NCBI GenBank assembly: GCA_942491735.1
Contig: CALOCN010000001.1
Coordinates: 832,040 to 896,039 of the forward strand
Reading direction: 5' to 3'
DNA from: Candidatus Eiseniibacteriota bacterium
GTDB lineage: Bacteria > Eisenbacteria > RBG-16-71-46 > JABDJR01
Length of the DNA stretch: 64,000 nucleotides
Below the pieces are notes generated by a model. The model was given only the letters and a program-made list of their open reading frames with translations. It searched no databases and was not told the DNA's origin. Shown one piece after another: positions 50,855 to 61,000 of the stretch (the stretch's first letter is position 1; each line of letters begins with the position of its first letter). The translations under genes and the position numbers were made by a program.

Positions 50855-51772
50855 ATGACCCACAACAACACCCAACTCCCATTGGCCCCGCGTCGCACGC
50901 GTGCGTCGTGGATCCTTGCCGGACTCGCCGGTCCCTTCCTCTTGTCCGGGTGCACCGAGACCGTGGTGGTCCCCGAGTGCGGCGTCCTGGTTCCTCCGGC
51001 CCAGGTCTACTCGGTCACCGGGGACGAAGAGGTGTGGCTCTACTGGACCCCGGTCCAGCCGGATAAGGTCGTCGAGTACGTGGTGTATCGCTCGTTCGCG
51101 GACCAGGGCCCCTACGAGGAAATCGGGCATACCCGTGGCGACACCTTCGTGGATCGCCAGGTGGTCAACGGAGCGACCTACTTCTACGCGGTGACCTCGT
51201 TGGACAATTGCGGTTTCGAGTCGGAGCTGAGCCCCGAGTCCGTGTTCGACACGCCGCGTCCCGAGGGCTATGGCGCCCAGGTGTTCGACGCCAACAGTTC
51301 CCGCTGGGAGCGCAGCGGCTGGGACTTCAGCACCTTCCGCTCCCTCCCTTGGGATCACCCGGACACCGACGTCTACTTCATCTGGGCGGATGGCGTGCCT
51401 CTCATCGTCGGGCAGGATGTCGACACCGACGTCCAGGATGCGGGCTTCGTGGGCTTCGATGCGGTGGGGTGGGCGCCCGATGGCGGCTGGAGCCCCACCG
51501 GTACCGCGGAAGCCATCTCCGGCCACTGCTACCTGGTCTGGACCCGGGACAACCACTTTGCCAAGGTGCGGGTGCTCGCGGTGAGAGACGACCGGATCAC
51601 CTTCGACTGGGGCTACCAGGTGGACCGCGGCAACCCGGAACTGGCGCCGCGGCCCGGTTTCCCCCGGATTCCCATGGGGGTGACCCCCCGATGGAGCGGG
51701 AGTCCCTCGGCCCGTCCCGCGCCCGCTTCCATGACCCCGACCCCTCGCGAGGGCACAACGAACACACATTGA
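50855..51772 (+). CDS. Lipoprotein with a fibronectin-III-like / beta-sandwich region.
   Basis: GAGGA precedes the ATG at 50855. The lipobox is FLLSGC. The segment ...VTGDEEVWLYWTPVQPDKVVEYVVYRS...GATYFYAVTSLD has an FN3-like pattern. Confidence 0.55.
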   Translation: MTHNNTQLPLAPRRTRASWILAGLAGPFLLSGCTETVVVPECGVLVPPAQVYSVTGDEEVWLYWTPVQPDKVVEYVVYRSFADQGPYEEIGHTRGDTFVDRQVVNGATYFYAVTSLDNCGFESELSPESVFDTPRPEGYGAQVFDANSSRWERSGWDFSTFRSLPWDHPDTDVYFIWADGVPLIVGQDVDTDVQDAGFVGFDAVGWAPDGGWSPTGTAEAISGHCYLVWTRDNHFAKVRVLAVRDDRITFDWGYQVDRGNPELAPRPGFPRIPMGVTPRWSGSPSARPAPASMTPTPREGTTNTH

Positions 51773-51879
51773 CCCCTTGGGGGCCGGCGCCGGTGGGTTT
51801 CTCCCCGGCTACTTCACCGGCACCGGCCCCCAAACACGTTGCTTCGCCGGTGGCAAATCGGCCCCGCCGTCGGCGAGCG

Positions 51880-51908
51880 GGCCCCCCGAACGGGGGGCCT
51901 TTTTTTTT
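51880..51908 (+). terminator. Rho-independent terminator: GC hairpin plus T-run. The T-run is interrupted by the IS insertion.
   Basis: The stem is GGCCCCCC/GGGGGGCC with loop GAAC, followed by T9 (51900-51908). The IS left end begins right after the T-run, and a T8 tract reappears after the IS right end. Confidence 0.65.
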
Positions 51909-53257
51909 GGCTCTTCCGGCTTTCGAGTGGGTGATTTTCTAGGCTGAGCGGGTCGGGTAGCCTCTGGGGAGTTCAACCCTGGAGGTGACTGGTGGACGAC
52001 AAGGCTCTCTACGCGGCGATTCTGGGCATCACGGCTCCCTGGAAGGTCGAGACGGTGGATCTGCAACTGGAGGCGGGCGAGGTCCATGTCTGGGTGGCCC
52101 TGCCCCCCAAGACGCGCTGGGTCTGTCCGGTGTGCGAGGAACGGGCGCCGATCCATGACCACAAGGAGCGCGCCTGGCGCCATCTGGACACCTGCCAGTA
52201 CCGGACGATCCTCCACGCCCGCATCCCTCGCCTGGACTGCGCCACCCACGGGATCAAGCAGCTGGAGGTGCCGTGGGCCGAAGCGGGATCCCGCTTCACC
52301 GCCCTCTTCGAAGCGCTGGTCATCGACTGGCTCGGGAAGGCGACGATCCAGGCCGTGGCGGATCAGCTGCGCCTGACCTGGGACCAGGTGGCCGGCATCC
52401 AGGAGCGCGCCGTACGCCGAGGGCTCGCTCGCCGCGTGCTCGATCCCATCGAGTACCTCGGGGTCGACGAGACCTCGTTCCGCCGCCGGCATCGCTACGT
52501 CACCGTCGTCATCGACGTGAAGAACCCTCGCGTCCTCGATGTCCAGGAGAACCGGAGGCGGGAGAGCCTCGATGCGTTCTGGAGGCAGTGGCCCGAGGCG
52601 CACAAGCAGGCGGTCGTCGCGGTGTCCATGGACATGTACGAACCTTTCATCCTGTCCACGCGGGCGGCCGTTCCCGAGGCCGAGATCGTCTTCGACAAGT
52701 TCCACATTGCCAAGAACCTCGGCGATGCCGTGGATCGCGTGCGACGTGCCGAGCACCGCGACCTGCTCGCCCGCGGCATCCCCTGGCTCAAGAAGACCAA
52801 GTACGACTGGCTGCGACACCCCAGTTCGTTCACCGACGAGCACTGGCAGCGGTTCCTCACGCTCCTGCGCCGAACTCATCTCAAGACCGCACGGGCCTGG
52901 AACCTCAAGGAGGCCTTCATGGCCATCTTCGAGTACAACGATCCGGATCGCATCGAGGAGCGGTTCGCGCACTGGTACCAGTGGGCCCGGAGAAGCCGGC
53001 TGGCTCCCTTCAAGCGCCTGGCCCTCACCCTCCGGCGACACTGGGACAGCATCCGCAGCTACTTCACCCACCGGATCACCAACGCCGCCGCCGAGATGAT
53101 CAACTCCAAGATCCAGAAGGTGAAGACCATGTCCCGCGGCTTCCGCAACCCCCAGCGCTTCCGCGCCGCCATCCTCTTCCACTGCGGCGGACTCGATCTC
53201 TACCCCAGCCAGATCAGCAAACCCTCATGATTCGCCCACACGATTCCCGGAAGAGCC
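51909..53257 (+). mobile_element. ISL3-family insertion sequence, ~1.35 kb, flanked by an 8-bp T-tract target duplication.
   Basis: The left terminal inverted repeat (IRL) is GGCTCTTCCGGctttcgagtgggtgatt. The right inverted repeat (IRR), reverse complemented, is GGCTCTTCCGGgaatcgtgtgggcgaat. The GGCTCTTC end is typical of ISL3-family elements. Flanking duplications are T9 on the left and T8 on the right. One transposase ORF is present. Confidence 0.8.
51992..53230 (+). CDS. ISL3-family transposase.
   Basis: The N-terminal zinc-finger-like segment has CPVCEERAPIHDH...C...H. The DDE_Tnp_ISL3 core has ...YLGVDETSFRRRHRYVTVVIDV... It is 412 aa. Confidence 0.85.
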   Translation: MDDKALYAAILGITAPWKVETVDLQLEAGEVHVWVALPPKTRWVCPVCEERAPIHDHKERAWRHLDTCQYRTILHARIPRLDCATHGIKQLEVPWAEAGSRFTALFEALVIDWLGKATIQAVADQLRLTWDQVAGIQERAVRRGLARRVLDPIEYLGVDETSFRRRHRYVTVVIDVKNPRVLDVQENRRRESLDAFWRQWPEAHKQAVVAVSMDMYEPFILSTRAAVPEAEIVFDKFHIAKNLGDAVDRVRRAEHRDLLARGIPWLKKTKYDWLRHPSSFTDEHWQRFLTLLRRTHLKTARAWNLKEAFMAIFEYNDPDRIEERFAHWYQWARRSRLAPFKRLALTLRRHWDSIRSYFTHRITNAAAEMINSKIQKVKTMSRGFRNPQRFRAAILFHCGGLDLYPSQISKPS

Positions 53258-53465
53258 TTTTTTTTGCCTCGCACCCCGGAGGAGGGGGTGAGATCCTCTG
53301 CGGCCTGCCCATGGCAGGGGGTGGCCGTGCCCCCGAAGGAGCCCGGAAACGGGGAACTTCCAGGGCCCCAGCGGGTCTTATTCGTGTACGAGCCCACCCC
53401 GACGGGGAGCGCAACACTATCCTGTTGCCAAATAACGAGTTACAGCTCAACGCCGAAAGCCGTTT

Positions 53466-56400
53466 ATGACCTCACGTGTTGATTTCCGGGGATGGCTCCG
53501 TCCCATCCTCCTGACCGGACTTATCCTGCTGGTGTGGGGTGGTTCGGTCCTGAGTCCCGGCCTCGTCGGTCCGGTCCTGGCCGAGACCCCGTCGGCGACC
53601 CGCGTGCCCACGCCCTGTTTCGTGCCCCCGCCCCCCCAGAAGCTGGGGTTCCAACCGGGGTCCCAGGCGCCGCTGCCCGGGAGCGAAGCCCGCGCGGCCA
53701 AGGCGCTCGCCCTTGGCGGGCCCGCCTTTGGCTATCGGGACGATCACCTCACCGGACTCCACCACCCGGCGGGGGAGCCGCGTCACTTCAACGTGATCTG
53801 CATCCTGGCCGACTTCGACGATCAGGCCATGGGCTCGGTCCTGGAAGACGCCCCCGAGGGCAAGACGATCCATGACTACTTCAACCGGGTCATGACCCAT
53901 CTGTCCCAGCAGTATTCGCAGATGTCGGACGGCCTGGTCACCATCGACTGGACCCTCACCGACAAGGTCTACCGCCTGCCGGAGCTCATGGCCTACTACG
54001 GCCTGGACGACTCCATCGCGACCCGGGAAGCGGAGCTTTGTCAGGACGCGGTGCAGACCGCGGATCCGGATATCGACTTTCGCCCCTACAACAGCTTCGT
54101 CACCTTCCACGCCGGCGGTGGTCAGGAAGCGGACATCAACGACGATTCCCACGATCAGATCTGGTCGGTGTTCTTCCGTCAGTTCGATTTCAGTTTCTGG
54201 CTGGATGCCGAGGATCGCGAGTTCGGCATTCGGACCATGGACATGGTGGGCGACGATCCGTTCTATGTGACCAGCATGGTCATCATGCCGGAGTACGAAA
54301 CCCAGGACGGATATGAGTTCGGGATGCAGGGGGTGGTGGCACACGAGTACGGGCACTCCTTCGGCATCCCCGATCTGTACGACACCACCGCCCCGGAAGG
54401 GTTCGTCTTTGCCGAGAGCCAGGGGATCGGCACCTTTGGTCTCATGGGGGCGGGCATCTGGAACGCCAACGGGTTCTTCCCGGCCGAGTTCTGTGGATGG
54501 AGCCGTTTTTACGCGGGCTGGTCCGTTCCCACCATCCTGCGCGCGGAGGCGGGTGACGGCGGGTTGGTGGAGGTGAACGCGATCCAGCACGATCGGCGGG
54601 GCGCCCTGGTCCGGATCCCCCTGGGTGGGGACGAGTACTTCCTCATCGAGAACCGCATCCGCGACTACAACGGGGACGGGGAGTTCACCTTCGACGACGC
54701 GGATTCCAGCGGCACCTTCGACTTCTGGGACGACAGCTACGCCACCATCGACGGCAACCAGGCCGAGTTCGACTGGCACCTGCCCCAGGAGTTCGGCGGG
54801 CCCACCGAGAGCCGCCCGGATGGTTCCGGCCTGCTCATCTGGCACGTGGACGAGTCGATCATGTCCACCTATCTCATGTACAACCTGGTCAACGCGGAGC
54901 CGTTGCACAAGGGGTTGGATCTCGAGGAAGCGGACGGGATCCAGGATCTGGACAAGCTGGAGTTCGTGTTCGAGGCCTTCGGGGATCCGCTCGATTCCTG
55001 GTTCGCCCCCAACGCCACCGAGTTCACCCCGGACAGCGAGCCCAACACCGACGGCTACAACGACGCCTACTCCGGGGTGTGGATCACCGACATCTCCGAA
55101 CCCGGTCCCACCATGAGCTTTCGTCTCCGCTTTGCCGATATCGAGGGGCGGGTCGGGGACTTCGTCAGCGGGTGGCCCCTGGACCTCACGGGAACGGTGG
55201 GGGATTTCCAGCCCATCACCGGCGATCTCAATCGTGACGGCATCCAGGAGATCATCATCACCGCCATGGAGACCGAGTCGGTGGGCACGGTCAGTATCTT
55301 CCGCCCGGACGGCACGCCGTACCGTGGCGAGGACGCTGTGGTCTATCGCGGCCAGGTGCGCAGCGAGCCCATCCTGGTACCCCTGGAGGGACCGGGTGAC
55401 GACCAACCCGAAGTGGTGTTCGTGGCCGGCAACGGTCTGTTCGCGATGACCGGCACCGGATCGTGGATCAACAGCCAGGGATTCCAGAGCGGGATCCCCG
55501 TGCCGTTCGCGCAGCTGGAACGGGACCCCGGCCGGGTCGAGATCTCCGCCGGGGATCTGGATCTCGACGGGCGCAACGAGGTCTATGTCGCCACTCCCAC
55601 CGCCAGCCCCATCGAGGAGATCTCCGATTGGAGCAACCTCCGCGCCTACTCGTTGACCGGCGATGGGGTCCGCATGCTGGCCGTCCAGTCCCATCGGGGC
55701 ACCATGCCCCGGGCGGCCTCGGTGGGGGACCTGGACTCGGTGGACCGGGGTCTGGGCGAACTCATCACGGTCGTCGAGGATCGTGGCAGTTCCTACCTTG
55801 CGGTGGGGCTCATCACGGGACAACTGCCCGACGACACCTACGATGTCCAGGAGGCGCGATGGAGCCCCGGCGAGGGGATCCGCCTCACCGCGCCGGTGAT
55901 CGGCGACCTCGACCGCGACGGCGTCGACGACATCATCGTCGCGGACTCCAGGGGATACGTGCATGCGCTCAACATCCGGGTCGCGACCTCGGACGGCGTG
56001 ACCAAGCTTCCCTGTCCTGCCGACGGGAACTGCGATTTCGTGGTGCCCGGTTCGGGGAACCGGCCCGAGCCCTGCTTCCACACCTCCTGCTTCAGCGAGC
56101 TGCCCGGCTGGCCGGTGGAAACCGGTTCCACCGCGGACGACGATCTCAGCCTGGCCGATGTCGACGGCGACGGGTACCTGGAAGTACTCGCCATGGGGCC
56201 CATCGACCGCCTGTGGATGATCAACTACAACGGCACCGTCAACGTGGCCACACCGGTGAACGTTGCTTCGGAGCTGAAGTTCGACGACGGCTATCTCTCC
56301 GCCCTCGTCCTGGACGCGGATCCGGCGGCCGGAGCGGAGATCGTTCTCCCGCTCTACGATGGGCAGGTCCGGGCCCTGGACTCCCGCGGCAAGAGCACCC

Positions 56401-56987
56401 CGGGGTGGTCGTATCTGGGCGGCGGCAACCAGGACAGCTACCCGGTCATCACCGATCTCGACGGGAATGGAACCCTGGAGCTCATCACCCTGGAAGACGT
56501 GACCATCGCCATTCCCGAGGACATCCGGACCGGGGACACGTCCCCCGGTCTCACCCGCAGCGGCCGGGTCATTGTCCGCCAGCTCGCGGAGGGAACCGCC
56601 GAGGGCCCCTGGCCGGTCTACCGGGCCAACCCCCTGCGTAACGGGTATGTGAGCGCTCCTTCGAGCGAAGCCGCCCAGCCGGACGGGGGAACCGCCTCCG
56701 GGGAGGTCTTCGTATTCCCCAACCCGGTGGTGACCCGGACCGCGGGGCTCCACTACACGGTTCGCTCGGACGTGGACCGGGTGCTGATCCGCATTCATGA
56801 TGCGACCGGGACCGAGGTCATCCAGCTCTCGGGCAGCATCGACGAGGGGACCGACAACGTGGTCGATTGGGACCTGACCAACGACCAGGGCAACGCGGTC
56901 GCCCCCGGACTGTACTTTGCCCGCTTCACTTTCGAGGCCTCGGGCAGCTCCGAAGTCAAGATCGCCAAGTTCGTGGTGACCCGATGA
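53466..56987 (+). CDS. Secreted M6-family (immune inhibitor A-like) metalloprotease with FG-GAP/VCBS-like repeats and a T9SS C-terminal sorting domain.
   Basis: The signal peptide is MTSRVDFRGWLRPILLTGLILLVWGGSVLSPGLVGPVLA. The zinc site is VVAHEYGHSFGIPDLYD. Repeated GDLDRDG/DVDGDG/DLDGNG calcium-binding-like loops (FG-GAP) are present. The C-terminus is FVFPNPVVTRTAGLHYTV...GLYFARFTFEASGSSEVKIAKFVVTR. Confidence 0.75.
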   Translation: MTSRVDFRGWLRPILLTGLILLVWGGSVLSPGLVGPVLAETPSATRVPTPCFVPPPPQKLGFQPGSQAPLPGSEARAAKALALGGPAFGYRDDHLTGLHHPAGEPRHFNVICILADFDDQAMGSVLEDAPEGKTIHDYFNRVMTHLSQQYSQMSDGLVTIDWTLTDKVYRLPELMAYYGLDDSIATREAELCQDAVQTADPDIDFRPYNSFVTFHAGGGQEADINDDSHDQIWSVFFRQFDFSFWLDAEDREFGIRTMDMVGDDPFYVTSMVIMPEYETQDGYEFGMQGVVAHEYGHSFGIPDLYDTTAPEGFVFAESQGIGTFGLMGAGIWNANGFFPAEFCGWSRFYAGWSVPTILRAEAGDGGLVEVNAIQHDRRGALVRIPLGGDEYFLIENRIRDYNGDGEFTFDDADSSGTFDFWDDSYATIDGNQAEFDWHLPQEFGGPTESRPDGSGLLIWHVDESIMSTYLMYNLVNAEPLHKGLDLEEADGIQDLDKLEFVFEAFGDPLDSWFAPNATEFTPDSEPNTDGYNDAYSGVWITDISEPGPTMSFRLRFADIEGRVGDFVSGWPLDLTGTVGDFQPITGDLNRDGIQEIIITAMETESVGTVSIFRPDGTPYRGEDAVVYRGQVRSEPILVPLEGPGDDQPEVVFVAGNGLFAMTGTGSWINSQGFQSGIPVPFAQLERDPGRVEISAGDLDLDGRNEVYVATPTASPIEEISDWSNLRAYSLTGDGVRMLAVQSHRGTMPRAASVGDLDSVDRGLGELITVVEDRGSSYLAVGLITGQLPDDTYDVQEARWSPGEGIRLTAPVIGDLDRDGVDDIIVADSRGYVHALNIRVATSDGVTKLPCPADGNCDFVVPGSGNRPEPCFHTSCFSELPGWPVETGSTADDDLSLADVDGDGYLEVLAMGPIDRLWMINYNGTVNVATPVNVASELKFDDGYLSALVLDADPAAGAEIVLPLYDGQVRALDSRGKSTPGWSYLGGGNQDSYPVITDLDGNGTLELITLEDVTIAIPEDIRTGDTSPGLTRSGRVIVRQLAEGTAEGPWPVYRANPLRNGYVSAPSSEAAQPDGGTASGEVFVFPNPVVTRTAGLHYTVRSDVDRVLIRIHDATGTEVIQLSGSIDEGTDNVVDWDLTNDQGNAVAPGLYFARFTFEASGSSEVKIAKFVVTR

Positions 56988-57090
56988 CGTCCCCCCTGCC
57001 TGGCCGGAACCGTTCCCACGGAACGGGACGCCCCGCCCCGGATTCGCGTAGAATGGACGACACCCGTTTGGGGCGTCTGGAGGATCGATC

Positions 57091-58038
57091 ATGAGACGAC
57101 ATGTAGCCGCGGTGACCGCCGCAGCCACCCTGTTCCTGGGGACCACGGCGCAGGCCGCCGAGCCCGGACTCACCGTGCTCAACTTTCTCAAGTTGGGTGC
57201 CGGTGCCCGCCCGGCCGCCATGGGCGGCGCCTACGTGGCTGCCGCGAGCGATGCCAGCGCCACCTATTGGAACCCGGCTGCGCTGCTCCAGATCGAGCGG
57301 TACGACGTCATGGGGTCCCATCTCTCCTGGATCCAGGATCTGCGCCAGGAGTTCGTGGCCTTTGGCGCGCACGTGGGCAAGCATGCCTTCGGCGTGTCGT
57401 TCCTGGGTCTGTTCTCGGACGATATCCAGGGGCGCACCGAGACCGGTGATCTGGCCGGGAACTTCAGCTTTGGCGATGCCTCCTTCTCCGGTTCGTATGC
57501 CTATCAGGTCGGCGAGGTGGGGCTGGGTGGAACGGTCCGCTACGTGCGCGAATCGCTGGGTTCGGTGCCCATCAGCGTGGACGGCACGTCCCAGAGCGAC
57601 TTCACCCTGGACGGATTCGCCTTCGACCTCGGGACCACCTGGCGCCCGGGGTTCATGTCCAGCCTGACCCTCGCCGCGGCGATCCGGAACATGGGGGGCC
57701 AGCTCTCCTACGACTTCACCGACGCCACGTCGTTCGACCTTCCCACCACCCTCCAGGCGGGCGTGGCCTATCGCCACCAGGATGCCAGCGGAGGCGGGTT
57801 GCTCGTGGCCGCCGACGTGGTGGCCGCGCGCGGCGACGACGCGTCGCTTCGGGTCGGTGCCGAGTATGCTTACCGCGGCCAGTTCCTCCTCGATGCGGGG
57901 TACAAGTCCGGGTTCGACAACCAGAACGTGAGCTTCGGGTTGGGCTACCGCAACAAGATCCACGTGCACTACGCCTTCGTTCCGGTCTATGACGACCTCG
58001 GGAACGCGCACCAGATCTCTCTCGGCTACGCCTGGTAG
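57091..58038 (+). CDS. PorV/PorQ-like outer-membrane beta-barrel protein, T9SS-associated.
   Basis: The signal peptide is MRRHVAAVTAAATLFLGTTAQA. The N-terminal motif LNFLKLGAGARPAAMGGAYVAAASDASATYWNPAAL resembles PorV-family proteins. The C-terminus ends ...ISLGYAW. It lies immediately upstream of a giant T9SS-tagged S8 protease. Confidence 0.5.
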   Translation: MRRHVAAVTAAATLFLGTTAQAAEPGLTVLNFLKLGAGARPAAMGGAYVAAASDASATYWNPAALLQIERYDVMGSHLSWIQDLRQEFVAFGAHVGKHAFGVSFLGLFSDDIQGRTETGDLAGNFSFGDASFSGSYAYQVGEVGLGGTVRYVRESLGSVPISVDGTSQSDFTLDGFAFDLGTTWRPGFMSSLTLAAAIRNMGGQLSYDFTDATSFDLPTTLQAGVAYRHQDASGGGLLVAADVVAARGDDASLRVGAEYAYRGQFLLDAGYKSGFDNQNVSFGLGYRNKIHVHYAFVPVYDDLGNAHQISLGYAW

Positions 58039-58041
58039 ACC

Positions 58042-61000
58042 GTGCGTTTCCGGCTCGTGAGCCGGTTGACCGGGGCGTGTTGCGCCGCACTGCTCGCCGG
58101 CACCGCATCGGCACAGGTTCCCCGCGTCACCCCGGGTGAGGTCATTGTTCGGGGCAGCGCCGAGGCCATCGCCCCCAGGTCGGGCGGTCTGGCGCCCCTC
58201 GCCGCAGGCTCCCTGGAATCCCTGATTCGCGTGGCGGGACATGCGGTCCGCGACGTCTCCCGGATCTCGGTCGGCAACGCGTTTCCCGGCGGGGCCTGGG
58301 TGGTGCGCTTCGACAGCGGCGCTTCCCCCGAGGCGATGGCGGCCGAGTTGGCGCGGGATCCCCGCATTGCCTGGGCCACCCCCAACCACGTCCTGTCCCT
58401 GGATCCGGCTCCGGAGTCCCCCGCGGGCGGGTCGGGGATCCCCCTGCCCCAGGATGTGATCTTCGACGATCCCCGTCTGGGTGAGCAGTGGTCCCTGATC
58501 GACGCGCACGTGATGGACGCCTGGGAAACCAGTCTGGGCGAGGGGCGGATCATCGCGGTGATCGACATGGGGGTGGAGATCAGCCACCCGGATCTTCAGG
58601 ACCGCATCCTCATCAACGTGGTGGAACGGGACGGTCTCCCCGGGGTGGACGACGACGGCAACGGGTTCGTGGATGACGTGACCGGCTTTGACTTCACCGA
58701 CGCCCCCAACCTGACCGGAATCCAGGACTACGTGGACCGGGACAACGATCCCAGCGACGAGCATGGTCACGGGACCCAGGTGGCCGGCGTGGCCGCGGCC
58801 ACCTCCAACAACGCCCGGGGCATCGCCGGGGTCGCCCCCAGGGCCTCGATACTTGCCCTGAGAGCCGGTTTCAGTACCGGGTTGCCCTTTGCCAACGCGC
58901 TGCTCCAGGAGGATGACGCGGCGGCGGCCATCGTCTACGCGGCGGATCGTGGGGCGCACATTCTCAACCTGTCCTGGGGAGACCGGATCGAGACGCCGCT
59001 CATCCGCGACGCGGTGGCGTACGCCCGCAGCAAGGGGTGTCTGGTCGTGGCCGCGGCGGGCAACGGGGCGACCAACCGGGCCTTCCTGCCGGCCGCGCAT
59101 CCGGGGGTGCTCTCGGTCGGCGCGTCCTCGCGGGACCGACAGCCGGTGCAGTTCTCGAACTACGGCCACGACCTGGACCTCATGGCGCCGGGGGTGGCGC
59201 TGCTGACCACCGGTCTCAGGGGGAGCTACACGGAGGCTTCCGGCACCTCCTTCAGCGCGCCGCTCGTGGCCGGAGCGGCGGCCCTGGTCTGGAGCCGGAA
59301 CCCCACCTGGAGTGCCGACCAGGTCGCCTGGGCGGTGAGGCTCTCGGCCGACGGGGCGCAGGAAGGCTGGGATCCGCGCACCGGTTGGGGGTACCTGGAC
59401 GCCCGGGCGCTGGTGGCCATGGACGCGGCCCCTCCGGTGCTGTGGATGGACCCCGGCCGCCTCGTGGCGGGGGGGGTCGGGATCGACGGCTCGATCGCCC
59501 ACCCGGCGCTGGTCGACTGGTCCCTCTCCGTCTTCCCGGATCGGGATCAGCTGGAACCCATCGAGGAGATCACCCTCATCCCGTCCTCGACCCGGCAAGC
59601 GGTGGGCTCGGAACTCTCCCGATTCCAGGCGCCCGACCCCACGACCGATCCCACCTGGATCGCGCGGCTCCAGGTGCGGGTGTCCGGTCTGCCGCTTATA
59701 GAGGTCCGCGAACGGCTGCTCCTGCCGGCTCCGGTGCTGGACGCGAGCAACGTTAGGGTCGAACCCCAGGTGGGGCCGCAGGATCTGGACCTGGTCGTGA
59801 CCTGGGAGTCCAGTGCCCGTTACCAGGGAGCGCTGCTTCTGGACGAGGCTTCGGTCTCGGCCGGTTTTGCCGAGGAAATGGGGCTGGCGTTCACCCACGC
59901 GGTGCGGCTTCCCGCACCCAATCGGGGAGGAGAGGTCTCGCTGCAACTGATGGGGCGCCCCGCTCCGTTTGCGGATCTGACTCCGGTAGCCCGCGTCACG
60001 GCAACCCTCCCGCCCGACGTGGCCTTCCTGGCCACCGGGCGGCCGTCTCCCTTTCCCGCGGGGGCTCCGTTCCACCGCACGGTGGATCTGGACGGGGACC
60101 TGCTCCCCGAGGTGCTGGTGGAGACCCCCATCGAGAACGGCCTCTACGGCGGGATCGCCCGCTACGAAATCTCCCCTGACGGCGGCGCCGAGTTCGTCGA
60201 CGCGCCGTTCATCCAGGGCATCCCGGTGGATGTCGGGGACACCGACGCGGACGGGCTGATGGAGATGATCGTGTTTCGCATCGACGGCTGGAAGCTGTTC
60301 GAGTCCCGCGAGGCGCACCGCACCCCGGACCGCACGGTCTACTCCGAAAGCGGAAGCGACACCGTTCCCATCCGGTTCGTGGGGCGCACCATGATGGGGG
60401 TGTCCGGGAACCGTCTGGTGCTCTTCGGCTACGACGTGACGGCGACCATGAACCGGCTGGGCGAGGCCGAGGCGCCGGTCGACTTCCTGCTTCCCGGCGG
60501 TGCCCAGGTCGATGTGGACGGCGACGGTCTTTCCGAGTTCCTGGTCACCGGGAGCGACGGCAATCTCTATGCGTTCGATCTCACGGAGTCGAGCGTGAAC
60601 TACCGTGAGCGTTTCGTCCTACCGGTGCCGGTGACCGGTGATCTTCTGGGTTCGCAGTCCGGGATGAATCTGATCACCCTCGAGAACGATCCCACCCAGC
60701 CCGGAAAACCGGGGGATCTGGATCGCGCGGCGACCCGGCTGCGCACCTGGCGGTTCCAGGAGGGGGTACCGGTGGAGACCGGTTCGCTGGCCTTCTCCGG
60801 TCTGCTGACCGGGGCCGACGTCCAGATGTCCCCGGGTACGAGTCCCCAGGAGCATCTTCTGCTGCGCCGGCGGGGCCGGGTGGATTACGTGTACCTGGAC
60901 GTCGACCGCTCGACGGGCCCGGACGCCATGACGCCTCGGTGGGGGGGGCGCATGCTGGACTCCGACATCGCCGGGTTGGGGGGAGTGGTGGAGGTCTACG

